Source: a bacterium
GTDB taxonomy: Bacteria > Hydrothermota > Tepidihabitantia > Tepidihabitantales > Tepidihabitantaceae
DNA: 18,704 nucleotides
Direction of reading: 5' to 3'
NCBI GenBank assembly: GCA_046485285.1
Contig: JAWOHE010000074.1
Coordinates: 1 to 18,704, forward strand
Shown: positions 1-7,230 of the stretch, piece after piece
How positions within the stretch are numbered: position 1 is the first letter of the stretch
How the letters are laid out: each line of letters begins with the position of its first letter
Notes under the pieces: generated by a model
The model's database searches: none
What the model was told of the DNA's origin: nothing
The model's input: only the letters and a program-made list of their open reading frames with translations
Translations under genes and position numbers: made by a program

Positions 1-266
1 AGCCCCCGGGACAGGGCCGGCCCCTCCCGGTCGAGGATGCCGACCTCCGCGTCCGCCTGCCAGAAGCCGATGAACGCCAGGTACTGCGCCCCGGCCAAGC
101 GTCCGGCCGCGGTCTGGCCCGCGGTCGCGCCGACCCGGTACGCCGTCCCGCTCATCCCGCCCCCGCCCGACGCGACCACCGCCCAGTCACATCGGTAGGA
201 CTGGGCGAGCAGGGGTGCGCCGCCAAGTATGCCAAGGCAGAACAGGACTGTTGTCGTGCGTCGCAT
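1..266 (-). CDS. Secreted partner protein of the fibre gene, N-terminal part only (runs off the window edge)
   Basis: Not in the ORF track; translated by hand from ATG at 266-264: MRRTTTVLFCLGILGGAPLLAQSYRCDWAVVASGGGGMSGTAYRVGATAGQTAAGRLAGAQYLAFIGFWQADAEVGILDREGPALSRG... Open to position 1, with a Sec-type signal peptide and a TGATG overlap with the upstream stop. Confidence 0.8.
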   Translation of the reverse strand, partial: MRRTTTVLFCLGILGGAPLLAQSYRCDWAVVASGGGGMSGTAYRVGATAGQTAAGRLAGAQYLAFIGFWQADAEVGILDREGPALSRG

Positions 267-2491
267 CACCGCCCCCGTTCAAGCTCGGCCTCGTGCAGGT
301 GCTGCTGCGTCCGCCGGTACCGCTCGCGGCCGGCCGCGGTGCGGAACTCGATGCCCTGAGCATTGCCCTCGCGCACAAGTTGGTCCATACACCCGGACAG
401 GAATTCATCATCCAGCATCCGATCGGCCAGCGCGCCAGATTTCGGTTGCTCGACCGGCATCATCCTCCGCGTCGCCTCGGCCGACACGTCCTTGCGCTCG
501 CCGGTGACCTGCCAGTAAACCTTGGTCCCGGCGGAACCGCCGATTGTGAACCGGTTGCCGGATACGTCCTCGGCAATATAGACGACATCATTGGTGCCCA
601 CGCCGGTGAGCTGGACATGCGGGCTACGATTCAGCGCGCTGAAGTAGTCGGGCAGGGATACTTCAGCCCGGCCCGAACCGTCGAGCGTGACGCTGCCGCG
701 ATAGATGTTGAGCATTTCCGGGCCCTCGATGAAGTAGTGGTTGAGGATTCTGCCGTGCGGGTCGAGCGGGTGGTCGATTGTAAACGTGCCCGAGGCCTTG
801 GACAACGCGCCGACCCGGGTCTGGTTGGACGCGGTCGTGGTCTGGCCGTTGAAGACTGCGGAGAAGCTGTGGATGGCTCTTGACAGGCCGCCGACCGCGA
901 AGCTGTACGCCGCACTCGAGGTGCAGGCCTCTCCCCCGGAAACGACAGAGTAGTGGCCAATCGCGCTGTTTACATACCCGCCACCGACCGTAGAGGCTAC
1001 GCCGCTCACGGCGTTCTGCCGCCCGCCGCCGACCGTGGCGTACCTCGCCCCCGCAGAGTTGTTCCGGCCGCCTGAGATGGTGGCCGCGGTGTCGGTCACC
1101 TCGTTGACGTTCCCGCCACCCACGGTTGCCCAGCGGGCCGACGCGACGTTCTCCGAACCCCCGCTGATGTGGGAGAGCGCTCCGGCGGCCGAGTTGTCCT
1201 CGCCGCCGGTCACCGAAGACCGGTCCCCGGCCGCATTGTTGCCCGTGCCACCGACCACCACCGAGGACGCGCCGTCCGCGTAGTTGCCGTAACCGCCGCC
1301 GACCGCGGCGTAGTTGCCCCGGGCCTGGTTCTGCGTCCCGCCCGACACCGCCGCGCACTTCGCGCCGGCCGAGTTGCCCCGGCCGCCGGCCACCACCGCG
1401 GCTGTGTCGGCCGCCTCGTTGTCGCTGCCGCCGCCGACCGTGGCGCGGTGGGCGCTTGCGGTGTTCTCGCTCCCGCCGCCGACCGTGGCGTACAGGCCAT
1501 TCGCGGTATTGAACTGCCCGCCGCCGGCCGTGGCGTAGTTGCCGCTCACAGTATTGTACCGTCCGCCGCTGACCGTGCTGGCGAAGTCACCCGCGCTGTT
1601 GTACCACCCACCACCGACCATGGCGTAGTCGCCGCTCGCGGTGTTTCTCTGCCCTCCGCTGACCGTGGCGTAGTAGCGGTTCTGCCCGCTCTCGCCGGTC
1701 GTGCAGGCGATGCCAAGGTTGACGTGGGTGAAGGCCTGGTTCCCGTGAAGCATGTTGCGGGCGCCGCCTCTGGCTATGCCGAGGTTCCGGATGGTGTAGA
1801 GCACGCTGTCCGCGCGCACCCAGGCACTGTCACCGGTGCCTCCGCCTCCGACAGAGTCATTCCGCGGCGCCCAGGCCGCGCCGGTCCATTTCAGTACCTG
1901 GCCGGTCCCCGCGCCCATCTGGCCGAGGTCGGCCGCGGCGATCGTCCCGTTGACGATCATCGCCGAGGTCACCGAATTGGCCTGCGCGGTCCGGACAAAC
2001 CCGGTCGTGTCCTTGCCCTGCAACTGGTCCGCGCTCGCCGCCCGCTCGGAGAGATAGGCGTAGGCGGCGCTGACTATCCTCAGCCGTGGGGTCAACTCCG
2101 CCCCGCCCGCCACCGCCATCCCGAGGTAGGCCGTGCCCGCGTCCGGCAGGGTCGCAACCGGCGTCACCGACCCGAGCAGGACCGCGAACAGCCCGTCCTC
2201 CGTCGTCACGCTCTGCGTCTCGGTCCAGAACGCGCTCCCGCCCGAGGGCTGGGTGTAGAGCCGGAAGACGACCGAGTAACTGCCGTTCGGCACCGGCACG
2301 CCCAGCGTGTCGGTCAGCCTGCCCTGGTATGACATCATTCGCGGTATCGTGACGGCGTCGAGGCCGTCGGCGCCTGTCGCCTGTCGGTTGTCGATTGGGA
2401 CACCGTGAGTGCCGGTCTGCGGCATTACCGCGTCGCCCGCGGCGAATGCCGCGACGCACAGGACTGCGAGCAGGACTGTCGTCCTCCGCAT
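266..2491 (-). CDS. Secreted fibre/adhesin-like protein: signal peptide, 'IPRMMSYQGRL' N-domain, Gly-rich repeat shaft, tail-fibre-like C-terminal domain
   Basis: 741-aa ORF with a strong SD (AAGGAGGAG) and signal peptide MRRTTVLLAVLCVAAFA. Contains 17 xxATVxGGxxNxAxx repeats. The C-terminal 'KASGTFTIDHPLDP...EGPEMLNIYRG...LPDYF' block resembles the C-termini of tail-fibre-like proteins (possible intramolecular chaperone; inferred). Confidence 0.75.
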   Translation of the reverse strand: MRRTTVLLAVLCVAAFAAGDAVMPQTGTHGVPIDNRQATGADGLDAVTIPRMMSYQGRLTDTLGVPVPNGSYSVVFRLYTQPSGGSAFWTETQSVTTEDGLFAVLLGSVTPVATLPDAGTAYLGMAVAGGAELTPRLRIVSAAYAYLSERAASADQLQGKDTTGFVRTAQANSVTSAMIVNGTIAAADLGQMGAGTGQVLKWTGAAWAPRNDSVGGGGTGDSAWVRADSVLYTIRNLGIARGGARNMLHGNQAFTHVNLGIACTTGESGQNRYYATVSGGQRNTASGDYAMVGGGWYNSAGDFASTVSGGRYNTVSGNYATAGGGQFNTANGLYATVGGGSENTASAHRATVGGGSDNEAADTAAVVAGGRGNSAGAKCAAVSGGTQNQARGNYAAVGGGYGNYADGASSVVVGGTGNNAAGDRSSVTGGEDNSAAGALSHISGGSENVASARWATVGGGNVNEVTDTAATISGGRNNSAGARYATVGGGRQNAVSGVASTVGGGYVNSAIGHYSVVSGGEACTSSAAYSFAVGGLSRAIHSFSAVFNGQTTTASNQTRVGALSKASGTFTIDHPLDPHGRILNHYFIEGPEMLNIYRGSVTLDGSGRAEVSLPDYFSALNRSPHVQLTGVGTNDVVYIAEDVSGNRFTIGGSAGTKVYWQVTGERKDVSAEATRRMMPVEQPKSGALADRMLDDEFLSGCMDQLVREGNAQGIEFRTAAGRERYRRTQQHLHEAELERGR
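911..1675 (-). repeat. Coding tandem repeat: 17 units of 45 nt (15 aa), beta-solenoid/adhesin-head-like
   Basis: Units YYATVSGGQRNTASG / DYAMVGGGWYNSAGD / FASTVSGGRYNTVSG ... HYSVVSGGEACTSSA keep an exact 15-aa register. Confidence 0.9.
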
Positions 2492-2648
2492 CTTCTCCTC
2501 CTTACTCCTTTGCGAGCCTGCCCCAGGCTCGGGCGGGCGCGTGCTGTGTGACCTATGCCGCGCGGCCGCGCCCGGGGAGTCAAATGGCTCCCCGCGTTCG
2601 CGTCAAGAATGACGCGAAACCCCTGTCCGAGGGTGGGTATCCGACTCC

Positions 2649-2676
2649 AGCATATTCTTGTGCGGGCATTTGTCAA
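2649..2676 (-). promoter_or_regulatory. Sigma70-type promoter for the fibre gene pair
   Basis: Minus strand TTGACA (2676-2671), 16-nt spacer, TATGCT (2654-2649). Implies a leader of about 150 nt. Confidence 0.65.
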
Positions 2677-3035
2677 CAGCCCGCTTCCGCCCGAAGCGGT
2701 CGTCCGGAGCCGTGCCTCCCACTGCCCTCCCCCGCCACCCAGTCAGGCACCCGGCTGGCGCCCCGGACAGGCGCTCGGGATGACAGCCTGGCAGGTGGCT
2801 CGGACAGCGCCCCCGGGCCGGGAACACGACCCTCAAGTCAAGACAAGACATTGAATGAAGGCCGGTTAGGCCACTCGCGGGCAGTCGGCTACGCCAGCCT
2901 TGCCCCGCCCCGGGCCAGCCGGAACCCTGCGCAGTCGTAAGCCCTGCCCCGCTTCCCGAATCGGCCGGCATCGCCGAGGGGTCTTAAAGCTGTCCGCATC
3001 AGTGAATGACCCGAGCGTTGACCAGGAGGAAACCC

Positions 3036-3539
3036 GTGAAAGCAGTTGCCCTCAGCGCGGTGATGTTGCTCGCCCTTGTCGTTTCAGGCTGCGGCGCACC
3101 GGCCCCGTCCGCGCAATCCGAGGCCGTACCCCCGGCCGACAGCATCGCGGCCGAGCCTGAGACGCCGGCCGAGGTGGCTGACACGACCCCGCCCGCGCCG
3201 GCGGGCAGCCCGGCCCCGGCCGGCGAGGCCCAGCCAATGCACAAGCCGGTCGAGCCCGCCGTCCTGCCCAAGCTCTACGACTTCTGGGCGACCTGGTGCC
3301 CGCCCTGCCGCGAACAGTCCCCGATCATCGAGGAGCTCAAGGCCGAGTATGCCGGCAAGGTTGACGTCATCGCCGTTAACGTCGACGAGCAGTCCGAGAT
3401 GGCCAAGCAGTACGAAATCAAGGTCATCCCGACCCTCGTCTTCGTCGACGCGGCCGGCAAGGAGGTCGAGCGCCGCACCGGCCTGACCCCGAAGAGCACC
3501 CTCGTCGAGCGCTTCAAGGCGCTCGGCTTCATCGATTAG
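3036..3539 (+). CDS. Thioredoxin-family lipoprotein (WCPPC)
   Basis: AGGAGG then GTG at 3036 (in frame with track ORF 3006). Lipobox LVVSG|C, Pro/Ala linker, DFWATWCPPC active site and cis-Pro motif VIPT. Confidence 0.88.
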   Translation: MKAVALSAVMLLALVVSGCGAPAPSAQSEAVPPADSIAAEPETPAEVADTTPPAPAGSPAPAGEAQPMHKPVEPAVLPKLYDFWATWCPPCREQSPIIEELKAEYAGKVDVIAVNVDEQSEMAKQYEIKVIPTLVFVDAAGKEVERRTGLTPKSTLVERFKALGFID

Positions 3540-3575
3540 CCCGCAGGCTACGAGCAGCGGCCGGCGGCACGAGCC

Positions 3576-3668
3576 CCCGGCGCTACGCGCCGGGAGTCCG
3601 TTCCGGAATCCGAGAGGAACCTCTCGTCTCCGCGCCGCAGGCGCGGCTTCCCGGCGGCAAGGCCGCCG
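3576..3668. repeat. Cluster of four perfect short-loop hairpins between convergent genes (possible terminator or structured element)
   Basis: cccggcgc-tac-gcgccggg (3576-3594), cgagagg-aa-cctctcg (3611-3626), ccgcgcc-gca-ggcgcgg (3630-3646), cggcggc-aag-gccgccg (3652-3668). Confidence 0.75.
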
Positions 3669-3690
3669 CGCGCAGTGCTTCCCGGACCGG

Positions 3691-4512
3691 CTAGCGGACC
3701 ACGAACTTCGCGAGCCCCTGCGCCGCGCCGCTGACCCGGACGAAGTAGGCCCCGGGCGCGAGCCCGGCCTGCAGGCGGAGGCAGTGACTGCCGGCCCCAA
3801 GCTCCGCCTCGATAACCGGCGCGACCAGCCTGCCCGCGCGGTCGCGGACCGTGACCGCGACCCGCCCCGCGCGGCCGGCCGCGAACCGCACCGCTACCGG
3901 GCCCGCCGCCGGGTTCGGCCGGACGCTGACCGGCACGGCCGTGAACCGCCCCGGCGGCTCCTCGACCGCGCCCGCCCCCTCGACGAGGCTCGCGTCATCG
4001 AAGTGGATCACCCCGCCCGCCGGTCGGCCGGTGAAGCCGTAGCAGCGGAGCATGCAGTCGGCGTAGGCGGCGCCAGCGGGCGCAGTCGCGGTCCTCGCGA
4101 CCCTCTGCCAGGTGAGGATTGTCGAGTCGGAATAGCTCGTGCCCGAGTGACCGACGTAGCTCGTGTCCGCCGCCAGCCAGGCCATCCCGACGCCGCCGGC
4201 GACGTTGTAGTAGTCGTCGTGGCAGTAGGCGGCCAGCGTGTACTCCCGTACGGCGGTCACCGGGACGAGCTGCCTGATGCCGGCGTTGTTGCCCGTGCCT
4301 TCGACCCGCCGGGTGAGCTTCACCGCCGCCGGCGCCGAACGGACCGTGGTCTCGGTGCGTTCGACCCGGGTCTTGGTCGAATCCTCGACCAGTCAGCCGA
4401 CCGGACACGCGCCGGCCCACTCGGTGAAGTCGCCGTTGGCCAGGAGCTCCGCGTCGGCCGCCCCGCCGAGCAGAACCCCGGCCGCGATCGCCAGGGCCGT
4501 CATCTTCATCAT
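3691..4512 (-). pseudogene. Secreted CBM4/9-like beta-sandwich protein with T9SS type-A/FlgD-Ig-like C-terminal domain, interrupted by an in-frame TGA (4395-4393)
   Basis: GAGGAGG (4523-4517) then ATG at 4512 or 4509: MMKMTALAIAAGVLLGGAADAELLANGDFTEWAGACPVG*LVEDSTKTRVER..., continuing in frame into track ORF 3691..4323. C-terminus reads 'VRPNPAAG...VRDRAGRLV...LAPGAYFVRV...KFVVR'. Confidence 0.72.
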
Positions 4513-4548
4513 CGAACCTCCTCTCGCGCCCGCAACCGGACGCGCTCC

Positions 4549-4577
4549 AGCCTAACCCGGCGGGAGCCTGCCGTCAA
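4549..4577 (-). promoter_or_regulatory. Sigma70-type promoter for the CBM-like gene
   Basis: Minus strand TTGACG (4577-4572), 17-nt spacer, TAGGCT (4554-4549), directly after the fusA stop. Confidence 0.55.
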
Positions 4578-4589
4578 GCGCGGTGTGCG

Positions 4590-6698
4590 CTACCGGTTCT
4601 TCGCCCGGCGGGCGGCGACGATCTCCTCGGCGATGGCGAAGGGCACCGGCTCGTAGCGCTCGAGGTGCATCGTGAAAACCGCCCGGCCCTGGCTCAGGTT
4701 CCGGAGCTCGGTCGCGTAGCCGCTCCGCCCGTCGGACAACTGCCCGCACATCGTCGCGAGCGGCACCCGCGCCCGGACGACCTTGGCGTTGCCTTGCGCG
4801 TCCATCCCGAGGATCGTCCCGCGCCGGTTGCAGAGCGAGCCGATTATCGCGCCCGAGAACTCCTCCGGGGTCACGACGCTGACGCTCATCACCGGCTCGA
4901 GCAGGCCGGGCAGGCCCTTGAGGAACCCGCGCCGGAACGCGTGGCTGGCGCAGGCCCGGAACGCCATGTCCGAGGAATCGACCTCGTGGAAAGAGCCGTC
5001 GAGCAGGGTCACCCGCAGGTCGACGACCGGGAACCCGGCGTAGACGCCCTTGCGCATCATCTCGGTCACCCCGCGCTCGATCGACGGCACGTACTCCTTC
5101 GGCACCCGGCCGCCGACGACCTTGTTGACGAACTCAAAGCCCTGCCCGCCCCCGAGCGGCTCGAGCTTCATCACGACGTGGGCGTACTGGCCGCGGCCGC
5201 CGGTCTGCTTGACCAGCCGCTCGTCGACCTCGACCGCCTGGGTCATCGCCTCGCGGTAGGCGACCTGCGGCGCGCCGGTCACGACATCGACGCCGAACTC
5301 CCGCTTCAGCCGGTCGATGATTATCTCGAGGTGCAGCTCGCCCATCCCGGCGATGACCGTCTCCTCGGTCTCGGCGTCGGTCGCGACGATGAAAGTCGGG
5401 TCCTCCTCGGCGAGCCGCGCGAGACTCGCACCCAGCCGTTCGCGGTCCTTGCGCTCGCTGACCCCGACCGCGACCGACAGCACCGGCGCCGGGAACTCGA
5501 TCGCCTCGAGGACGATCGGGTGCTCGGGCGCGCAGATCGTGTCGCCGGTGACCGTATCGGCCAGCCCGACCACCACGCCGATCTCGCCCGAGTAGAGCGC
5601 CTCGACCGGCTCCCGGCGGTCGGCGTGCATCCGGAGCAGGCGGCCGGCGCGCTGCTCGCGGCGGTTGGTCGAGTTGAGCACCGCGCTGCCGGCCGCGAGC
5701 GTGCCCGAGTAGACCCGGACGTAGACCAGCTTGCCGACGTGCCGGTCGGATACGACCTTGAACGCCAGCGCCGCCAGCCGGCCCGAGTCCTTCGGCACCC
5801 GCTCGATCGGCTCGCCCTCGAGCGCCCGGCCCGAGACCGGCGGCAGGTCGAGCGGGCTCGGCAGGTAGGCCACGACCGCGTCGAGCAGGCGCTGGATGCC
5901 CTTGTTCTTGAACGCACTGCCGCACAGCACCGGACAGACAAGGTGCTTGTGCGTCGCCTTACGGATTGCCCGCGACAGCTCGCGGGCGCCGATCGACCGG
6001 TCGCTGAGGAATTTCTCGAGCAGGCCCTCGTCGACCTCCGCCACCCGCTCGAGCAGGTACTGCTTCCAGCGCCGGACCTCCTCCGCCATCTCCGGCGGCA
6101 CCGGCTCCTCGCGGAAGGTCATCCCCCGGTCGGTGTCGTCGTAGTAGACCGCGACGTCATCGACGAGGTCGACGATGCCCCGGAACCGCTCCTCGGCGCC
6201 GATCGGTATCGTCACCGGCACCGCGTTCGCCCCGAGCTCGTTCTCGATCTCGTCCATCACCGAGTAGAAGTCCGCTCCGGCCCGGTCCATCTTGTTCACG
6301 AAGGCGATCCGCGGGACCGCGTACTTCTCGGCCTGGCGCCAGACCGCCTCCGACTGCGGCTCGACCCCGCCGACCGCGCAGAACAGCCCGATGACTCCGT
6401 CCAGCACCCGCAGGCTGCGCTCGACCTCGACCGTGAAATCGACGTGGCCGGGCGTGTCGATGAGGTTGATGGCGTGGTCGCGCCAGACCGTCGTCGTCGC
6501 CGCGCTGGTGATGGTGATGCCGCGCTCCTGCTCCTGGGGCATCCAGTCCATCACCGCCGCGCCGTCGTGGACCTCGCCCGGCCGGTGGACCCGGCCGGTG
6601 TAGTAGAGGATGCGCTCCGACACCGTCGTCTTGCCCGCGTCGATGTGAGCCATGATGCCGATATTGCGGACGCGCTCGAGCGAGTACTGTCTTGCCAT
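4590..6698 (-). CDS. fusA: Elongation factor G (stand-alone, probably a second copy), 702 aa
   Basis: Start [25 protein letters not shown] at 6698 with a GGAG SD. Motifs [42 protein letters not shown] and SFHEVDSS are present. No rpsL, rpsG or tuf neighbours. Confidence 0.96.
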   Translation of the reverse strand: MARQYSLERVRNIGIMAHIDAGKTTVSERILYYTGRVHRPGEVHDGAAVMDWMPQEQERGITITSAATTTVWRDHAINLIDTPGHVDFTVEVERSLRVLDGVIGLFCAVGGVEPQSEAVWRQAEKYAVPRIAFVNKMDRAGADFYSVMDEIENELGANAVPVTIPIGAEERFRGIVDLVDDVAVYYDDTDRGMTFREEPVPPEMAEEVRRWKQYLLERVAEVDEGLLEKFLSDRSIGARELSRAIRKATHKHLVCPVLCGSAFKNKGIQRLLDAVVAYLPSPLDLPPVSGRALEGEPIERVPKDSGRLAALAFKVVSDRHVGKLVYVRVYSGTLAAGSAVLNSTNRREQRAGRLLRMHADRREPVEALYSGEIGVVVGLADTVTGDTICAPEHPIVLEAIEFPAPVLSVAVGVSERKDRERLGASLARLAEEDPTFIVATDAETEETVIAGMGELHLEIIIDRLKREFGVDVVTGAPQVAYREAMTQAVEVDERLVKQTGGRGQYAHVVMKLEPLGGGQGFEFVNKVVGGRVPKEYVPSIERGVTEMMRKGVYAGFPVVDLRVTLLDGSFHEVDSSDMAFRACASHAFRRGFLKGLPGLLEPVMSVSVVTPEEFSGAIIGSLCNRRGTILGMDAQGNAKVVRARVPLATMCGQLSDGRSGYATELRNLSQGRAVFTMHLERYEPVPFAIAEEIVAARRAKNR

Positions 6699-6797
6699 GA
6701 TATCAACTCCAAATGCCCCCGGCCGACTGCCGGCGGGCGGTAAGAGACTGCTCTCGGGACGGGATTCGGGAACGGCGGAACCCGGCCTGACGCACTG

Positions 6798-6826
6798 ACT
6801 ATAACCTGAAACGAAGAACCCGTCAA
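6798..6826 (-). promoter_or_regulatory. Sigma70-type promoter of fusA
   Basis: Minus strand TTGACG (6826-6821), 17-nt spacer, TATAGT (6803-6798). Confidence 0.7.
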
Positions 6827-6839
6827 GCAGGCGGCGCGC

Positions 6840-6867
6840 TTGACCGCCCCGCTTCCGATTGTATAAT
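6840..6867 (+). promoter_or_regulatory. Sigma70-type promoter of the ars operon
   Basis: TTGACC (6840-6845), 16-nt spacer, TATAAT (6862-6867). Confidence 0.78.
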
Positions 6868-6882
6868 TGCACAGTTATGCAA
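6863..6882. promoter_or_regulatory. Putative ArsR operator overlapping the -10, transcription start and arsR ATG
   Basis: TTGCA-cagtta-TGCAA (6867-6882), plus the overlapping imperfect palindrome ATAATTGCACAGTTAT (6863-6878). AT-rich patch in GC-rich DNA. Confidence 0.6.
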
Positions 6883-7230
6883 CATATCTCCGGCCCGGCC
6901 CGCCTGCTCGCCGCGCTCGGTAACGAACACCGGCTCGCGATCCTCGAGCTCCTGCGCCCGGGCGAACGCTGCGTCTGCGAGATAACCCCGGCCTTCGCGC
7001 TCGACGCCTCGGTCGTCTCCCGGCACCTCGCCGTCCTCGAGCGGGCCGGCGTCGTCCGCTCCCGCCGCGCTGGCCGGCGCATCTTCTACCGCGTCGCCGA
7101 CCGCCGGACGCTCGGCCTGCTCGACGACGTCGCCGCGATGCTAGCGACCCCGGGCAAGGCCCGGCCGGCCGGCCGCGCGGTGCCGGCCGCGTGCTGTGCT
7201 ACGAACTACAGGAGGACTCCCGATGCCTGA
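6877..7230 (+). CDS. arsR: ArsR/SmtB-family As(III)-responsive repressor
   Basis: [16 protein letters not shown]....[16 protein letters not shown]...R.GRRIFYR winged HTH with an alpha3 CVC motif and a C-terminal CC. ATG at 6877 lies just downstream of the -10 box. Confidence 0.92.
   Translation: MQHISGPARLLAALGNEHRLAILELLRPGERCVCEITPAFALDASVVSRHLAVLERAGVVRSRRAGRRIFYRVADRRTLGLLDDVAAMLATPGKARPAGRAVPAACCATNYRRTPDA

Noticed and set aside
911-1675. CRISPR array or DGR template/variable repeat
   Set aside because: The repeats are in-frame degenerate coding units without spacers. No reverse transcriptase, cas gene or adenine-specific variant pair is in the window.
2659-2674. 15/16-nt match between the fibre promoter spacer (TGTGCGGGCATTTGTC) and the fusA insertion on the opposite strand
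   Set aside because: Short, does not extend and has no mechanism; probably chance.
2865-2871. Integron-like GTTRRRY sites (GTTAGGC here; CCTAAC...GTTAGT near 18400-18445)
   Set aside because: No convincing paired attC boxes of suitable length, no integrase and no cassette array.
2395-2971. ORFs in the 2492-3035 intergenic region
   Set aside because: Low-complexity translations without SD or motifs; they overlap the promoter and hairpins.
4393-4395. Genome-wide TGA reassignment (genetic code 4 or 25)
   Set aside because: TGA ends arsR, arsM, ccdA, the RND gene and others at expected C-termini, often in TGATG or ATGA overlaps, and TGG is used for Trp.
4665-6743. Long antisense or alternative-frame ORFs (e.g. 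4665..6743+, 1169..2332+, 7861..9072-, 10471..11766-, 16082..17113-)
   Set aside because: Shadow ORFs expected from high GC3 opposite clearly recognisable genes; no motifs of their own.
6703-6795. 30-codon GTG-initiated leader peptide upstream of fusA
   Set aside because: The GTG is only 2 nt after the -10 box, upstream of the likely TSS, and has no SD.
6699-7082. 128-aa N-terminal extension of EF-G in the ORF track (likewise extensions of the OMF, both Trx proteins and ArsM)
   Set aside because: The EF-G extension overlaps arsR and both promoters. SD sequences or stop/start overlaps mark the true downstream starts.
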